Below, piece by piece: positions 13,012 to 23,954 of a stretch of DNA of 64,000 nt. Under the pieces are notes generated by a model that did no database searches, was not told where the DNA came from, and saw nothing but the letters and a program-made list of their open reading frames with translations. Each line of letters begins with the position of its first letter. Position 1 is the first letter of the stretch. The stretch spans positions 24,676,001 through 24,740,000 of the forward strand of contig CM060732.1 in the NCBI GenBank assembly GCA_030704615.1, given 5' to 3'. The stretch comes from Takakia lepidozioides. Lineage: Eukaryota > Plantae > Bryophyta. The translations under genes and the position numbers were made by a program.

Positions 13012-14616
13012 ATGTCCACCACAACTACGACTTCAGATAGGTCAGAGAGTGCAGCTGGTGAGGCGGTGGATTCGCATGCAGGTGAAGTACCTGCGACGCA
13101 GACTCATGATGTTGGGAGGAGACCTGGAAAGAGACCACGACAGACCAATTGGTCTGAAAGTGAAATGCACTGGCTTGCCGTGGCCAAGAAAGAGGAATGG
13201 CAGGCATGGAAGGAATCTTCTGCCCGGGGGAATATGGTCGTGGACAGGGTCAAGTGGGAAAAGGTAGTTCGATTCTTGGAGAGCCACGGGGTGAGGGGCC
13301 GGGATGTGGTCAACTGCACCAACAAATGGAATATGATAGCAAAATTGTACAGAGATATCCGAGGACATCAGCTCCACGCGACAAGCAATCAGGATTATTG
13401 GGGCATGGATGGCAAGGAGCGCGTAGCTCTAGGCCTTCCAAAGGCATTCACCAAGGAGCTGTACATCGATATGGACTTTTTGGCGGAACGAGCATGCAAT
13501 GCTCCGCGAGCCACTTCGAGCAGCACGCACATGCACATGCAGGTAATTTTCTAATTTGCTTTGGTTGGCTCAGAATGCAGAAGTGGGAGCTGCCCAAATG
13601 CTGAATGAGATGTTTTAGGTCTCCATGATAGTTCTATGAGACGAAATTACCGTGCCAAAGTAGAGTGCGAATCTTGAGGGTCTCTTTGAATGGAAGATAT
13701 GCATCTAACTCTCCTTCTCTGTCTACAGCATAGACATCCTCCAACTCTAGTGCCCATTCCTACAATAAGCAACGACATAGTCACTACAAACTCCACACAC
13801 CTCTGAGTAGTTCTTTTTGTTAATTGAACATACACAGGATACAAGCCCAATTTTATATACAAAACCCTCTATTCTGTAGTGCTCATGTATTGTGTAATGT
13901 GCAAATAACTATCAAAGTTTAAACAGGGACCCCGTCACAGGATTGTAGCCAGTTTCTACACTTGCAGAGGCTGCAAGCTCCAGGTACTTTGCATACAACA
14001 ATGCCAGAACATTCAGGGCTAGACCCCTTGGAACCCTCATGGAATAAATATTCTAGCTGACCATGAATTCAAATTTAAGTTCCATTTTCTGGGCATGCAG
14101 ATTGCCATGGAGGTTGAGCCACCGGTCGTGCAAGTTGCGACCCCTACATCTCAGGTTGAGCTTCATGATCCGTCCTTGGAACAACCTGCAGCGGGTACTG
14201 AAGGATCAGATGCAAATGTCGAAGAACCTGCAGTTCCACCTCGAGGACGGCCTCCAATGCCACGTTATACACGCACATCGGCTGCTCCCTTTCCGAACTC
14301 CACGGGAAAGAAAAAGAAATCAATGGCTGGCGCTGACCTTCTGAATGCATTCAAAACTGCGAGTGAGAGCATGGCTAAGAACTTGGAGGAGGAGCGGAAA
14401 GAGAAAACCGAAAGGTTTGAGAAGAGTTTGCAGTTGCAAAAAACCATGTTCGAGTTTGAGGTAAGAAAGGCTGAGATCGCTGTTAATGCAGAGCAAGAGG
14501 CATTAGTGGACCGACGAACCATGGTTAGCCACTTTGGGAGACTTGTTGAGCATTTCGGGAATCTTGTGGACAAGCAGGGACGTCCAGGCCAGCCCAATAG
14601 TGGAGATAACAGTTAG
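13012..14616 (+). CDS. Harbinger Myb/SANT-like (trihelix) DNA-binding protein; exons about 13012-13542 and 14101-14616
   Basis: Trihelix Trp pattern NWSESEMHWL...KWEKVVRFL...RDVVNCTNKWNMIAKLY...YWGM. In-frame phase-0 intron CAG|GTAATT (13543) to GCAG|ATT (14100). The second exon carries KKKK and a predicted coiled coil. Confidence 0.8.
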
Positions 14617-16399
14617 AATTCTTTGTTAAACTGAGATGAATGAGGCACATATAGCTGGGAACACCTATTGTGTCTTCCAGGGATGATCGTTGTATGACCT
14701 TGACTGCAATAGTGTGTGCAATAGGAAGGGTATGTGCATATCTCCATCGAGTGACAAGTGAGCCATTTCTTTGACTGTGCCTTTGAGACATTTGATAATC
14801 TCTTTCACTTTTGTGATCTTGGTTGTGAAAAAACGCAGCTCACCCTCACTCTTGTGTTACCCTGGGATGTTTTGTTTCTTGAACTGCAATCTACTACTTG
14901 CTTCTGTCACTGTTGGCACAGGACATTTCACATGGCAATTCTTCCATGTTGTCACTCGACAATGTAGTTCTTACATGCATCTTCCCACTATCATTCTTCC
15001 TCTTCGTGTGTGCGATTGCACCACTTCATTATGCTGCTCAGTGAGCAAGTAGCTCTTCGTTCTCTATGTATCGTGTGTGTGCGCATTTATGAATGCCGGT
15101 CTTCACCCTTATCCTCATAAACTCTGACCCTGAATCGCCACAATCACACCTTTGAAGTAGGGCTGCAAGCTTGGAGGAGATTTTTTTGGATCTTGACCTC
15201 TTCTCAGTGCTGGTTCTCAGGCTTGCACCCAGGTGTTGGGTTTTGTGGGTGATTAAGATGTTTGTGTATGAAGCCAGGGCCTGCAAGATCTCAAAATGAT
15301 AGAAATGGTAACCAAGAAGAAAGAAATGTTGGATTCACACGTGTTGTTTGTGCACTGTTTCTACTGTTCATAGGAAACCTGTGTGCTTGTGTGTCTAGTT
15401 GGAAGAATGTTGATAATTTTGACTTATTCATTTGTATGGTTGCGGATGATTGCCACCATTGTCTTTGTCTTCCTTTAATCTGGCTGATGTGATTGACCAG
15501 TACATTTTCTTGGACAAATTTTCTAGTTGGTGGGTTAGAGTCCCCGGCATCCAAAGCCAGTGTGAGATTGTTGTGATGGTGTGGACACAGGCAAGACCGT
15601 GCCAAGGCTGTTGACATCCTCGTGAAGGATCTCAAGGTGTTCTAGTCCTCTTTTAATGAGGCGCAATATAGGAGATTACCCAGCTTCTTAAAAACTTCAG
15701 GTTTGCCCAATGTTTTCTGAAAGCTCCCCCCCTATCTATTGTATGCTTCATTGCCACGTAGGAGTGCGGCCTGTTGACTGGTCTCCTCAGGGCTTGGCAT
15801 CAAATGGCGGGTGTGTTTCCAAGACTTGCTGAAGCTGATTCTTGTCGGGAAATTAGAAATCTATGTTCAGCTTTGTATTGCTGGGATTTTCACTCATGTA
15901 TGTTGCTCCAATGTCACAGGCAGAGAAAAGATACATGAAAAGATCTGTTTTTAAAGAGTGCTCACTTTTGACTCTTAAAGTTGCTTGCCAGTAGTTTCAG
16001 AGCTTTTGACTCTGAAAGCTTGCTGGCACAGGTAGTTGCCAAACACTTCAGGTGTTCAGTGTTTGTCCTCAACCATCATGTGACTGACATTCCCCATTGT
16101 TGAATGTCACTAATGGGTGAACGATTCCCTCACAACATAGATCTAGACATTCTCACTCGAAGCAAGGACATAGCCCAAACATTGTGAATGATTGGCGGAG
16201 TGACCACATTAAGCAACTCTCGAGGTCAATGTGACGCAAGAGCCTGTCATTGAACCAACACTTTTCAACCTCTCAAATGGGGCCTTTCAGAGTGCAGTGA
16301 GGCCTTTAAGACGAAGAAAACGTACTACAGACAGCTCTGTAGGTGCCCAAGATGGTGGAACGGCACTGGAAAACAACTCAACTGGATCAGGTGGCTCAG

Positions 16400-17592
16400 G
16401 TGGATCAGGGGAGACGATTTTACTGGCCACTGCCAGTGCTGATGGAAGGTGAGACCACACCCTCTTGCTTTCCTATATATTAGAACTGGGTTTTCCAGTA
16501 TAGTAACATGATTAAATAAGCCCAATACATGTATAGGGGTTGATGATCTTTGGCACACATCAGTTGTCATTGTTTTGTCATTGACCCTTGGCAGGAGGTC
16601 AAGCTGAAATAGTATCTGTTCTTGTGATTGCAAATTAAACTATTAGCAGCTTAAAGCTCTATGGTCTTTTCAAGTGCAACTTTGTCATGCTGGTGATTGG
16701 CAAGTCCCAAAACCAGACAGGCAGAATGCATGTGCTGAATTACCTGCTGTTATTGATTTAACAGCCCTAGGTTTCTGAGAACTTGTAACATTATAGAACA
16801 TAGCAATCGTCCCCTTGCTACACAAGACAACATGATTACATGACCCCTGCCAAAACGGTCCAACTGCTGTTGTATACTAAACTGGCATGGTCAATGCCTG
16901 AAGAAGATTTGAAAATTTTATGTTCTGCCTCTGGTCACCACCAATTGGACGCAGAGTAGTAGCATTGAGTAGAGCTCTAAAAGGCGTGGTATGGTGGAAG
17001 TGGCTCTCTACACAGTCCAAAGTCTACCTTGTCTAAGGCTGAATGTTAAAATCAACATTCTCCCAGTCACTATAACATTCATCATTCCAATATTTATCCT
17101 TGGCAGGTAGCAGATGCAGATCTTGTCCCCGTGAGTTCACTTGCACTCACTGTATCGGAAGTGGTCCCAACAAGAGTGCTTTTGGCGGTTGGAAAAGGGT
17201 CAGGGAAAATTGCTGCGTGGGAATTTGACATGTCATGGTACTGTTGCCAAATGGCGAGCCACCTGCGGGCACATGATCGAGTGGTAAGAATCTACTGTCC
17301 ATCGAGTGTGGTTAAGTTGACCGTAGTCTCTAGAGTCTGATCATCCTAGGTGAGATGATGAACCCTGTTATATTAGGAGATCCCTTTCTGACATCATACT
17401 AGACGAAATCAATTAGCAGTCAGAAAGCCAATACAGTGTCCATTGCCTGCACTCATTTCTGAGGAAATTTATCCATTAAAGTATGCTCCTGATGTAAATA
17501 CTTTTATCTTCCATAAAACAAGCAGCACTCATCTGGGCTCAGGGTTATGGTGGTAGGTGACAGGACGGATATGGACGCATGATGGGCGACAG
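16400..17592 (+). pseudogene. Captured intron-containing fragment of a host WD40 gene, resembling a plant TFIIIC delta/90 kDa-type subunit
   Basis: Exon pieces ILLATASADGR|GT (about 16415-16448), AG|VADADLVPVSSLAL...LLAVGKGSGKIAAWEF...AHDRV|GT (17107-17283) and AG|VTGRIWTHDGR (17557-17589). The last two join into a WD40 motif AHDRVVTG.IW..DG. No start or end of the gene is visible. Confidence 0.65.
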
Positions 17593-18254
17593 CGCCTCAT
17601 AATAGACATGTAGACACATAACTTTGCTTGCAACCCTTCTAGTAAGAAGGTGTGCTGCCAGGCATTGTTGCCAATTACTTCCTGGAATAAACTCTGGCTT
17701 TCCTCAGTCAATGATACTGCAGGTTCTAGAGAAAGATAAAGGTCTAGAGAAAGGTATCGATAATTGTTATGAACCTACTCAGGTTTCATGTACATAGTGT
17801 CTAACTTCTGAGGGCAGGAACACAAACTTGCTTTTTTATCTCAGCCACCAACATTTGCAAGGATGTCGTCTGAAAATGAAAGAGAATGAGAAAAAATGGA
17901 GGAAAAATGGAGTTGACCTACCATCACCCATTCACAAATCTCCAAAGCCTCCCTGCCATACCCAGTACATAAACAGAGTACACATTAGTTCCCCACTAAT
18001 TCTGAATTTCATCTTCATGCTCAAGCAACACGGTCTCTCTTTCAAACTTCAGACCCTTGATTTCAGATTTGGAGACGTTAAAATATGTTTGTGTGAAAGG
18101 TCATCATGCTCTCATATGGCCACAAAAGAATCCATGAAATGTAAAAAAAAAAGAATCCTCGAAAGCACTAACCTTATCATGCGTGTAAAATGTGACGACA
18201 AACAATCTCTCGTAGCTCAGCACCTATATTCAGGCCCCTGTCGACAGCTGGCTC

Positions 18255-19532
18255 TTAATCATGAGCTAGGTGATCTCGCTCCCTGATTGCTTCAAGCGCA
18301 TCCATCTCGTTGAATACATCCTCAAAATCCACTTCTTTGAAGTCCACAAATATGTTGTAAAGGATCCAACATGCATGGACCACCTGTGGTAGAAATGTAA
18401 TATCAAGGCCACTTCTCCAACCCACTTCTTTGAAGGTACCTTTGAGCCGTCCAAATGCAATCTCAGCATAAATCCTCGTTTTTGACAACTGATGGTTGAA
18501 CACAGTCTTGGCTCTAGAGAGTGCTGGAGCATTGGCAGCTCTTTTGTAGCTAGGGATCAGCCAAGGAAGACAGGGATATATGGCATCCCCGAGAAGGATA
18601 GGTGGGATAGTCTAGCCATTGTCCAAAATAACACTTTCTCCCCGCAATATAGTTCCTTGAGAAGCCGGATAGAAGAGTGGGGAGTTGCGCAACACTCTCG
18701 AGTCATTCATACTTCCCGGCTCCCCAACATAAATATCTACAAATTTTGCACCAGGATTGACAACACCCTGCAACACCATTGAGTAGTATCCAAGTCTATT
18801 GCGATAGTCGAGTTTGATATTGTTTGCAGGGGCTTGAATCCTGATTTGCGTACAATCGATTACACCCACTACATTTGGAATTCCAGATCTACGTTCGTTT
18901 TCGAGCATGGATGTCTTTAGGGTATCACCAGCCTCCCATCGAAGGTGGTGACCTAACACAGACACAATAGCAGGTACAACTTGACGTAAGAGCTCATATA
19001 GTGTCGCTGCACCAATTCCAAATGCTTCTGTCATTTCAGCAGTAGTTGCTGCCCATATCAATTTGTACAATACAGCCCCGACCCGCATGGGAACAGATAA
19101 GCATTTGCGATAGTTAGTGTCTTGCAGAGATATCGAAGGAGCAAGAGCATTGCATAGCCAGTTGAAGGTACCTGAACTCATTTTCATGATCATGAGCCAT
19201 CGAGCATCGTCATACTCCAATAGAAATTCCTGAAACCATGCTCGAGACCTATGCTTCACCCACATCCCAGATGAAATACAACCTCTAGGTTTGCAAAACT
19301 TGATAATGAAAAGTGTGTCAAACGTTGAATGCCATTGCTGGATGCATTGGTCAAGGGAATCATCTTCGTCCACGTCCATTCCATGGACTTGGGAAAGTGA
19401 CGCATCCACATGCAAACTTGGTGTCTTGGACCCTAACCCAAAGAGCTCTGGAAATTGATCCATCATGTATTGCATGAAGACAAGAATCTCAGCAAATGCT
19501 AAGAAGACATCCTTGTCCATCATGGGTTCCAT
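18255..19532 (-). pseudogene. Harbinger (HARBI1-like) DDE transposase with one in-frame TAG
   Basis: Motifs MSSGTFNWLC, GVIDCTQI, YRNRLGYYSMVLQGVV, PGSMNDS, LLGDAIYP, FNHQLSKTRIYAEIAFGRLKG and ACWILYN. ORFs 18612-19532 and 18255-18503 share a frame and are separated only by TAG at 18612-18614. Confidence 0.9.
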
Positions 19533-20037
19533 CCTGTGAGTTAGGCCCCCACCTCTTGCTTGGAAATAGAATATTATGACAGCCTTCTCGTCCCAAAATG
19601 TTCAACAGTTGCTCTCCAAATTCCTGTTTCCCAACACATTCCCCGTACCAACCCCATTTAAGTCTTCTAGTAAAAGAAGCCTGAGATGATGATTGACCCT
19701 TCATTCAGAGCTGCTTGATGGTAAATGCCATCAAATCTAAACTATTTGACCATGGATAGAGAAGTGGCTCAGGTTGGACTAATTAACCAACCCTCATATC
19801 CGAGCTTATCCATAACACTTGGGGTAGACTGGAATCAGCGTGCTCTAATTGATTTCAAGAAGAAATGATCCAAACATGTAAGGTACAACAAGATCATTGA
19901 CTCTGATTTCAATGGTATCTTTACCTGGTTTGGCATGGAGATTCCTTGCAAATAGAATCCTCCTACCAATTATGTAGTCCTGAAGGTGCTGTGCCTATGG
20001 CATTGGATTATACTTCATGCGTGCAGTGTATTTACCT

Positions 20038-20125
20038 TGTCGTGCGCATACATATCGCTACACAACTACATCGCTGTCCAAACCACACCTACACATATAT
20101 GCACAATAAAGTAGTCTGCCACAAT
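20038..20125. repeat. Repeat A, terminal copy (88 bp)
   Basis: Matches 20474-20560 except for a 1 bp indel. Confidence 0.95.
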
Positions 20126-20471
20126 GATAAGAAAGCTAAGGACACACACGATGCAAAGCATGAAAACCAAAACCATCACTCTTTGAAATAGTAGTCGAGC
20201 CAGGGGCACCCCAAGCTATGGGGACTCCACCCCACAACAACCTACACTCCCATCATAAGCACTCTCAATCCTAAACGATGCAGGAGCTCGGTCGCGCAGG
20301 CTCAACTCGAGAAAGATGAGCCGCGCGACTGCCTCTCTCGTGAAGATAAGACGGACCAGGTGTCAAACTAAACTTGACACCTGATTTAACACTTGACCTA
20401 AATCCAAGTGTTAAATACAAATAACTAGTTTTATTCTAGCTGTTTTCACACTGTGCTTATTTAACTTGACA
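20125..20471. repeat. Repeat B, internal copy (347 bp)
   Basis: Identical by eye to 31595-31941. Has TG...CA ends. Confidence 0.95.
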
Positions 20472-20473
20472 GC

Positions 20474-20560
20474 TGTCGTGCGCATACATATCGCTACACA
20501 ACTACATCGCTGTCCAAACCACACCACACATATATGCACAATAAAGTAGTCTGCCACAAT
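20474..20560. repeat. Repeat A, internal copy (87 bp)
   Basis: Follows B after a 2 bp GC spacer. On the coding strand it is immediately preceded by the purine-rich tract AGGGGGGCG. Confidence 0.95.
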
Positions 20561-20569
20561 CGCCCCCCT
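20561..20569 (-). other. Putative polypurine tract (plus-strand primer)
   Basis: Coding-strand AGGGGGGCG directly abuts repeat A, downstream of the integrase stop. No purine tract abuts the internal B copy. Confidence 0.55.
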
Positions 20570-20818
20570 AGCTGGTGGATAGGTCCCTCTACCTCCAGAT
20601 AGCTACAAGATGTAATAGCCACAGCCGTACTAAGTCCTCTATCACTGTCCCTATTGTACTCAAACTCTATAGACCAAGAGGCCGGGTACAAGAGTAGCCC
20701 CATCGTTAGTCGCCGTCTTGCAATCTATGAACTTGAGCCAAGATCTCGTGTGTTCAAGGTCTCCTAGTAGCTGGGCCTTGCGTTTCTTGTTAGCCTCCCA
20801 TGGTTGTATCCACTCCCA

Positions 20819-22585
20819 CTATCCAATGCAATGTGGACATAACCAATCCCCATCCGGAACCATCTCAAGAGGTGGAGTCAAGCATCCCATATGCCAACCT
20901 CTAGAGCACCGATCACATACCAGCATGGTGGCTGCCCCTTTAGCAGACCCACACAACATGCACCTCAAACCTGCAGATACCACTGCCAGGTTTGGGTCAA
21001 TCCTGCCATCGACATTCGGAAGGTGACATGGCGCACAATTACGCACATGGTCCTTCCAAGTGATGCCATCCCGACCCTCCAAGACCAAGACGCCTGAGGG
21101 CAAGACCTCTCGAACCCTCAAAATAACACGTCCTGCAGTCACATCCAGGGTCGTAGGAGCAGTCTGCTGCAGATAGACATAGTCACCAGGGTTGAATCTC
21201 CGAACCCCAGGACGATAGCCCCCACCACGTATGGTAGCATACCTCAACGTATCACGGTGTTGTGCAATGGCAAGGTTCTCGAAAGCCATGGGCATGACTC
21301 TCTTGAACAACTCTGCACGCTGCTCACATGCACGTGCCCACACGTCCGGATCGTCAAGGTTAAGAACTGTAGCAGCTTCTCTGCGAATGGATGTAGGCAA
21401 ATCCGGCTCTCGGCCAAAGAGAAGAAAGTATGGTGAGAAGGAGGCAAGTGATGCTTGCTTGCTGAACCTGTAGCCCATGGCTAACCAGGGTAACTGAAGG
21501 TCCCAATCTCCTAGGTGTCCCTTCTGCAAGCCATACTTGCGCAAACCCCTCTTTACTGTCTGAACAACTCTCTCTGCCAAGCCATCGGCTTCAGGATGAT
21601 CCCGAGAAGTGGTGCGGTGGTCTATCAAGGCCTTGTCACACAAAGCCTGAAACTCCCCCAAGAACTCTCTCCCTTGGTCCGTGAGTACCTCAGCTGGAGC
21701 ACCGAATCGGCTAAGCACACAATCCAGGAATGCATACGCAGCTCCCTCACTAGCCTTATCAGGCAATGGAACCAATTCAATCCACTTGGAGAAGTGCTCC
21801 ACCATCACCAACACGTACTTGTTGTGGCGCATGGTCAGTGGCAACGGCCCTGCGAAGTCAAGACTCCACCTGTAGCCCAATCCCATGATCGGAAGAGGGT
21901 GCAATTGTGGAGTAGGGGCGTTGAATGAAGCACGCACCCTGTCACACACCATGCACCTAGCCACAAAGTGTTGCACCTCTGTGTGCATACCACGCCACCA
22001 ATACTGCCCCTGCAGTAGACTATGAGTGCGTCGCACCCCAAAATGCCCCAACTCCTCATGGGCATGCCGCACTAACCGTGCCCGCTGTGTTGGGTGAGGC
22101 ACAATCCTCACTCGACCATCCTCCCACACTCGGAGCAGGTGTGTCCCCTCCCACCTGAACCTCTTGGCTCGTTGTAGGATCCGATCCCTCTCCTTGGCAG
22201 TCATAGTGGCTGCCGTGTCTCCACTGCGGAGGTAGTCCAACACAACTGAATCCTCATGTATATCTTTGGCGCCACCCTGCTCATTGCTGGCCTCAGGGTC
22301 CTCAGACACTTGATCTACAGTCATCCCTGTTGTAGGTCCAACCTGGCCTTCCGCTGCCAAGATACACAGAAATGCAGATGCATGCCATCCGGGCACCATC
22401 TCCTCGTCCGTCTCACCATGCCACCGAGCTCCAGTGTCATCCTGCTGGCTCGTGCATGGATTGCGACTCAACCCATCTGCATTTCGATTGACCAAACCCG
22501 GTCGATGCACCACCTGAAAGTCATACTCTTGAAGGATGAGTGCCCACCGTGCAAGCTTCCCCGTAAGCTTGTCTGACTCCATCAA
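20819..22585 (-). CDS. Retroelement RNase H C-terminus, DDE integrase and C-terminal PHD finger
   Basis: KLARWALILQEYDF...NADGLSR (RNase H end). Zinc motif HEELGH...CMVC. Catalytic WSLDFAG / LTDQG / LAERVV. SPYFLLFGR. PHD CMLC-x-CDRC-x-H-x-C-x-W.CPHC at about 20825-20962. Confidence 0.93.
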   Translation of the reverse strand: MMESDKLTGKLARWALILQEYDFQVVHRPGLVNRNADGLSRNPCTSQQDDTGARWHGETDEEMVPGWHASAFLCILAAEGQVGPTTGMTVDQVSEDPEASNEQGGAKDIHEDSVVLDYLRSGDTAATMTAKERDRILQRAKRFRWEGTHLLRVWEDGRVRIVPHPTQRARLVRHAHEELGHFGVRRTHSLLQGQYWWRGMHTEVQHFVARCMVCDRVRASFNAPTPQLHPLPIMGLGYRWSLDFAGPLPLTMRHNKYVLVMVEHFSKWIELVPLPDKASEGAAYAFLDCVLSRFGAPAEVLTDQGREFLGEFQALCDKALIDHRTTSRDHPEADGLAERVVQTVKRGLRKYGLQKGHLGDWDLQLPWLAMGYRFSKQASLASFSPYFLLFGREPDLPTSIRREAATVLNLDDPDVWARACEQRAELFKRVMPMAFENLAIAQHRDTLRYATIRGGGYRPGVRRFNPGDYVYLQQTAPTTLDVTAGRVILRVREVLPSGVLVLEGRDGITWKDHVRNCAPCHLPNVDGRIDPNLAVVSAGLRCMLCGSAKGAATMLVCDRCSRGWHMGCLTPPLEMVPDGDWLCPHCIG

Positions 22586-23954
22586 CCACTTGAGTGGTTG
22601 GTGATCCGTGACAAGGGTGAAGAGATTGCCGTATAGAATAGCACCTGAAGTGTGCCACGGCCCACACTGCAGCTAAGCATTCTCCCTCATATGAGCTATA
22701 CTTAGACTCTGCAGCATTGTTCGAGCGGCTAGCATAAGCCACTACGAACTCTCTTCCCTCATCATCCACCTGTGTGAGCACCGCTCCAAGCCCCAGCATG
22801 CTCCAATCTGTATGCAGCTGAAAAGGACGCCCCCTGATAGGTCGTCTCAAGATGGGCGCCGAGGTCAACCTCGCCTTGAGCTCTTGAAAAGCTTGTTCTT
22901 GCTCATCTTCCCACTGCCACTCCTGGTCCACCTTGGTCAGCTTGGTTAGAGCCTTTGCAATGGCACTAAATCCCTTAACAAACCGTCTGTAATAGTTTGC
23001 TAACCCCATGAAAGCTCGAACTCGGCTCACATCCGTGGGGCGTGGAACCTGTGCAATGGACTCTACCTTAGTCTGCTGTACCCCCAATCCTCCAGGATAT
23101 ATCATGTGACCCAGATACTCAATCTGGTTGTGGAAAAACTTGCACTTGCCCGGATGTAACTTCAATCCGTGCGTCCTCAAGCGCTCAAATACCCCCTGAA
23201 GGTGTCTCTCATGCTCCTCCACCGTAGCACTAAAGATGATGATGTCATCTATGTAGCACCGAGCAAACTCCACCCCTGCTAGAATCCTGTCCATGACTCT
23301 TTGAAACTCAGCGGGAGCGTTTTTAAGCCCAAATGGTAAGAACCGCCACTGGTATAGGCAATCCTTCCCGTGCTCATTGATCCCCCAGAATGCCGTCTTT
23401 TGCTTATCCGCCTCCTTGATCGGCAACTGGTGATATCCGGATCGTAAATCCAACGTGCTAAAGACCTTGGAATGCCCAATGGCATCAAAGATCTCCTCTG
23501 GTGTTGGCATGGCATACCTATCGGACTTGGTCTGACGATTTACAGGCCGGTAATCACCGCACATACGTCTCTCCGTCCAATTGCCATAGACATCCTTCTT
23601 AGCTGGCATCACTGTGGCTGAAGCATACTCTCCACCAGAGAGCTCCACCAAACCTGCCTCCCAGAGATCTTGAGTCCTCATCTGAATCAAAGACCTCTCC
23701 ATGTCACTGTATCTATAGGGTCTCCGAAAGATTGGCGTGTCAGTGGCCAACTCAATACGGATCTCTTGACCCTTCAGTGCTCCCAAGTCCTTCAAACTGA
23801 AGGCAAAGCAATTCCTGTAAGCCCTCAGGAACCGCCGTATACGTCGTCTCTCTCCTCCGGTGACAATGGGTCCAATATCAGGCTCCCAATTGTCCTCCGT
23901 AACTGCAACCTTAAGTCCAGTGGGCTTAGAGGTAGAGGACGCGTCCCGTGGTTG
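22521..23954 (-). CDS. Retroelement reverse transcriptase and RNase H (Ty3/Gypsy type)
   Basis: RMCGDYRPVN, LDLRSGYHQ, LPFGLKNAP, YIDDII, YLGH, LHTDWS, AYASR, YEGECLA. The frame is open upstream to the TAG at 23955-23957 and is frameshifted into the integrase ORF near 22630. Confidence 0.95.
   Translation of the reverse strand, partial: QPRDASSTSKPTGLKVAVTEDNWEPDIGPIVTGGERRRIRRFLRAYRNCFAFSLKDLGALKGQEIRIELATDTPIFRRPYRYSDMERSLIQMRTQDLWEAGLVELSGGEYASATVMPAKKDVYGNWTERRMCGDYRPVNRQTKSDRYAMPTPEEIFDAIGHSKVFSTLDLRSGYHQLPIKEADKQKTAFWGINEHGKDCLYQWRFLPFGLKNAPAEFQRVMDRILAGVEFARCYIDDIIIFSATVEEHERHLQGVFERLRTHGLKLHPGKCKFFHNQIEYLGHMIYPGGLGVQQTKVESIAQVPRPTDVSRVRAFMGLANYYRRFVKGFSAIAKALTKLTKVDQEWQWEDEQEQAFQELKARLTSAPILRRPIRGRPFQLHTDWSMLGLGAVLTQVDDEGREFVVAYASRSNNAAESKYSSYEGECLAAVWAVAHFRCYSIRQSLHPCHGSPTTQVVDGVRQAYGEACTVGTHPSRV

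Noticed and set aside
18612-18614. Programmed readthrough in the Harbinger transposase
   Set aside because: The context TAG-ACT-ATC does not fit a known leaky-stop motif. Treated as a nonsense mutation.
20038-20560. Solo LTR with an 87 bp target-site duplication
   Set aside because: This is far longer than integrase TSDs. A has its own TGTC terminus next to the ACCT TSD shared with the far end of the element.
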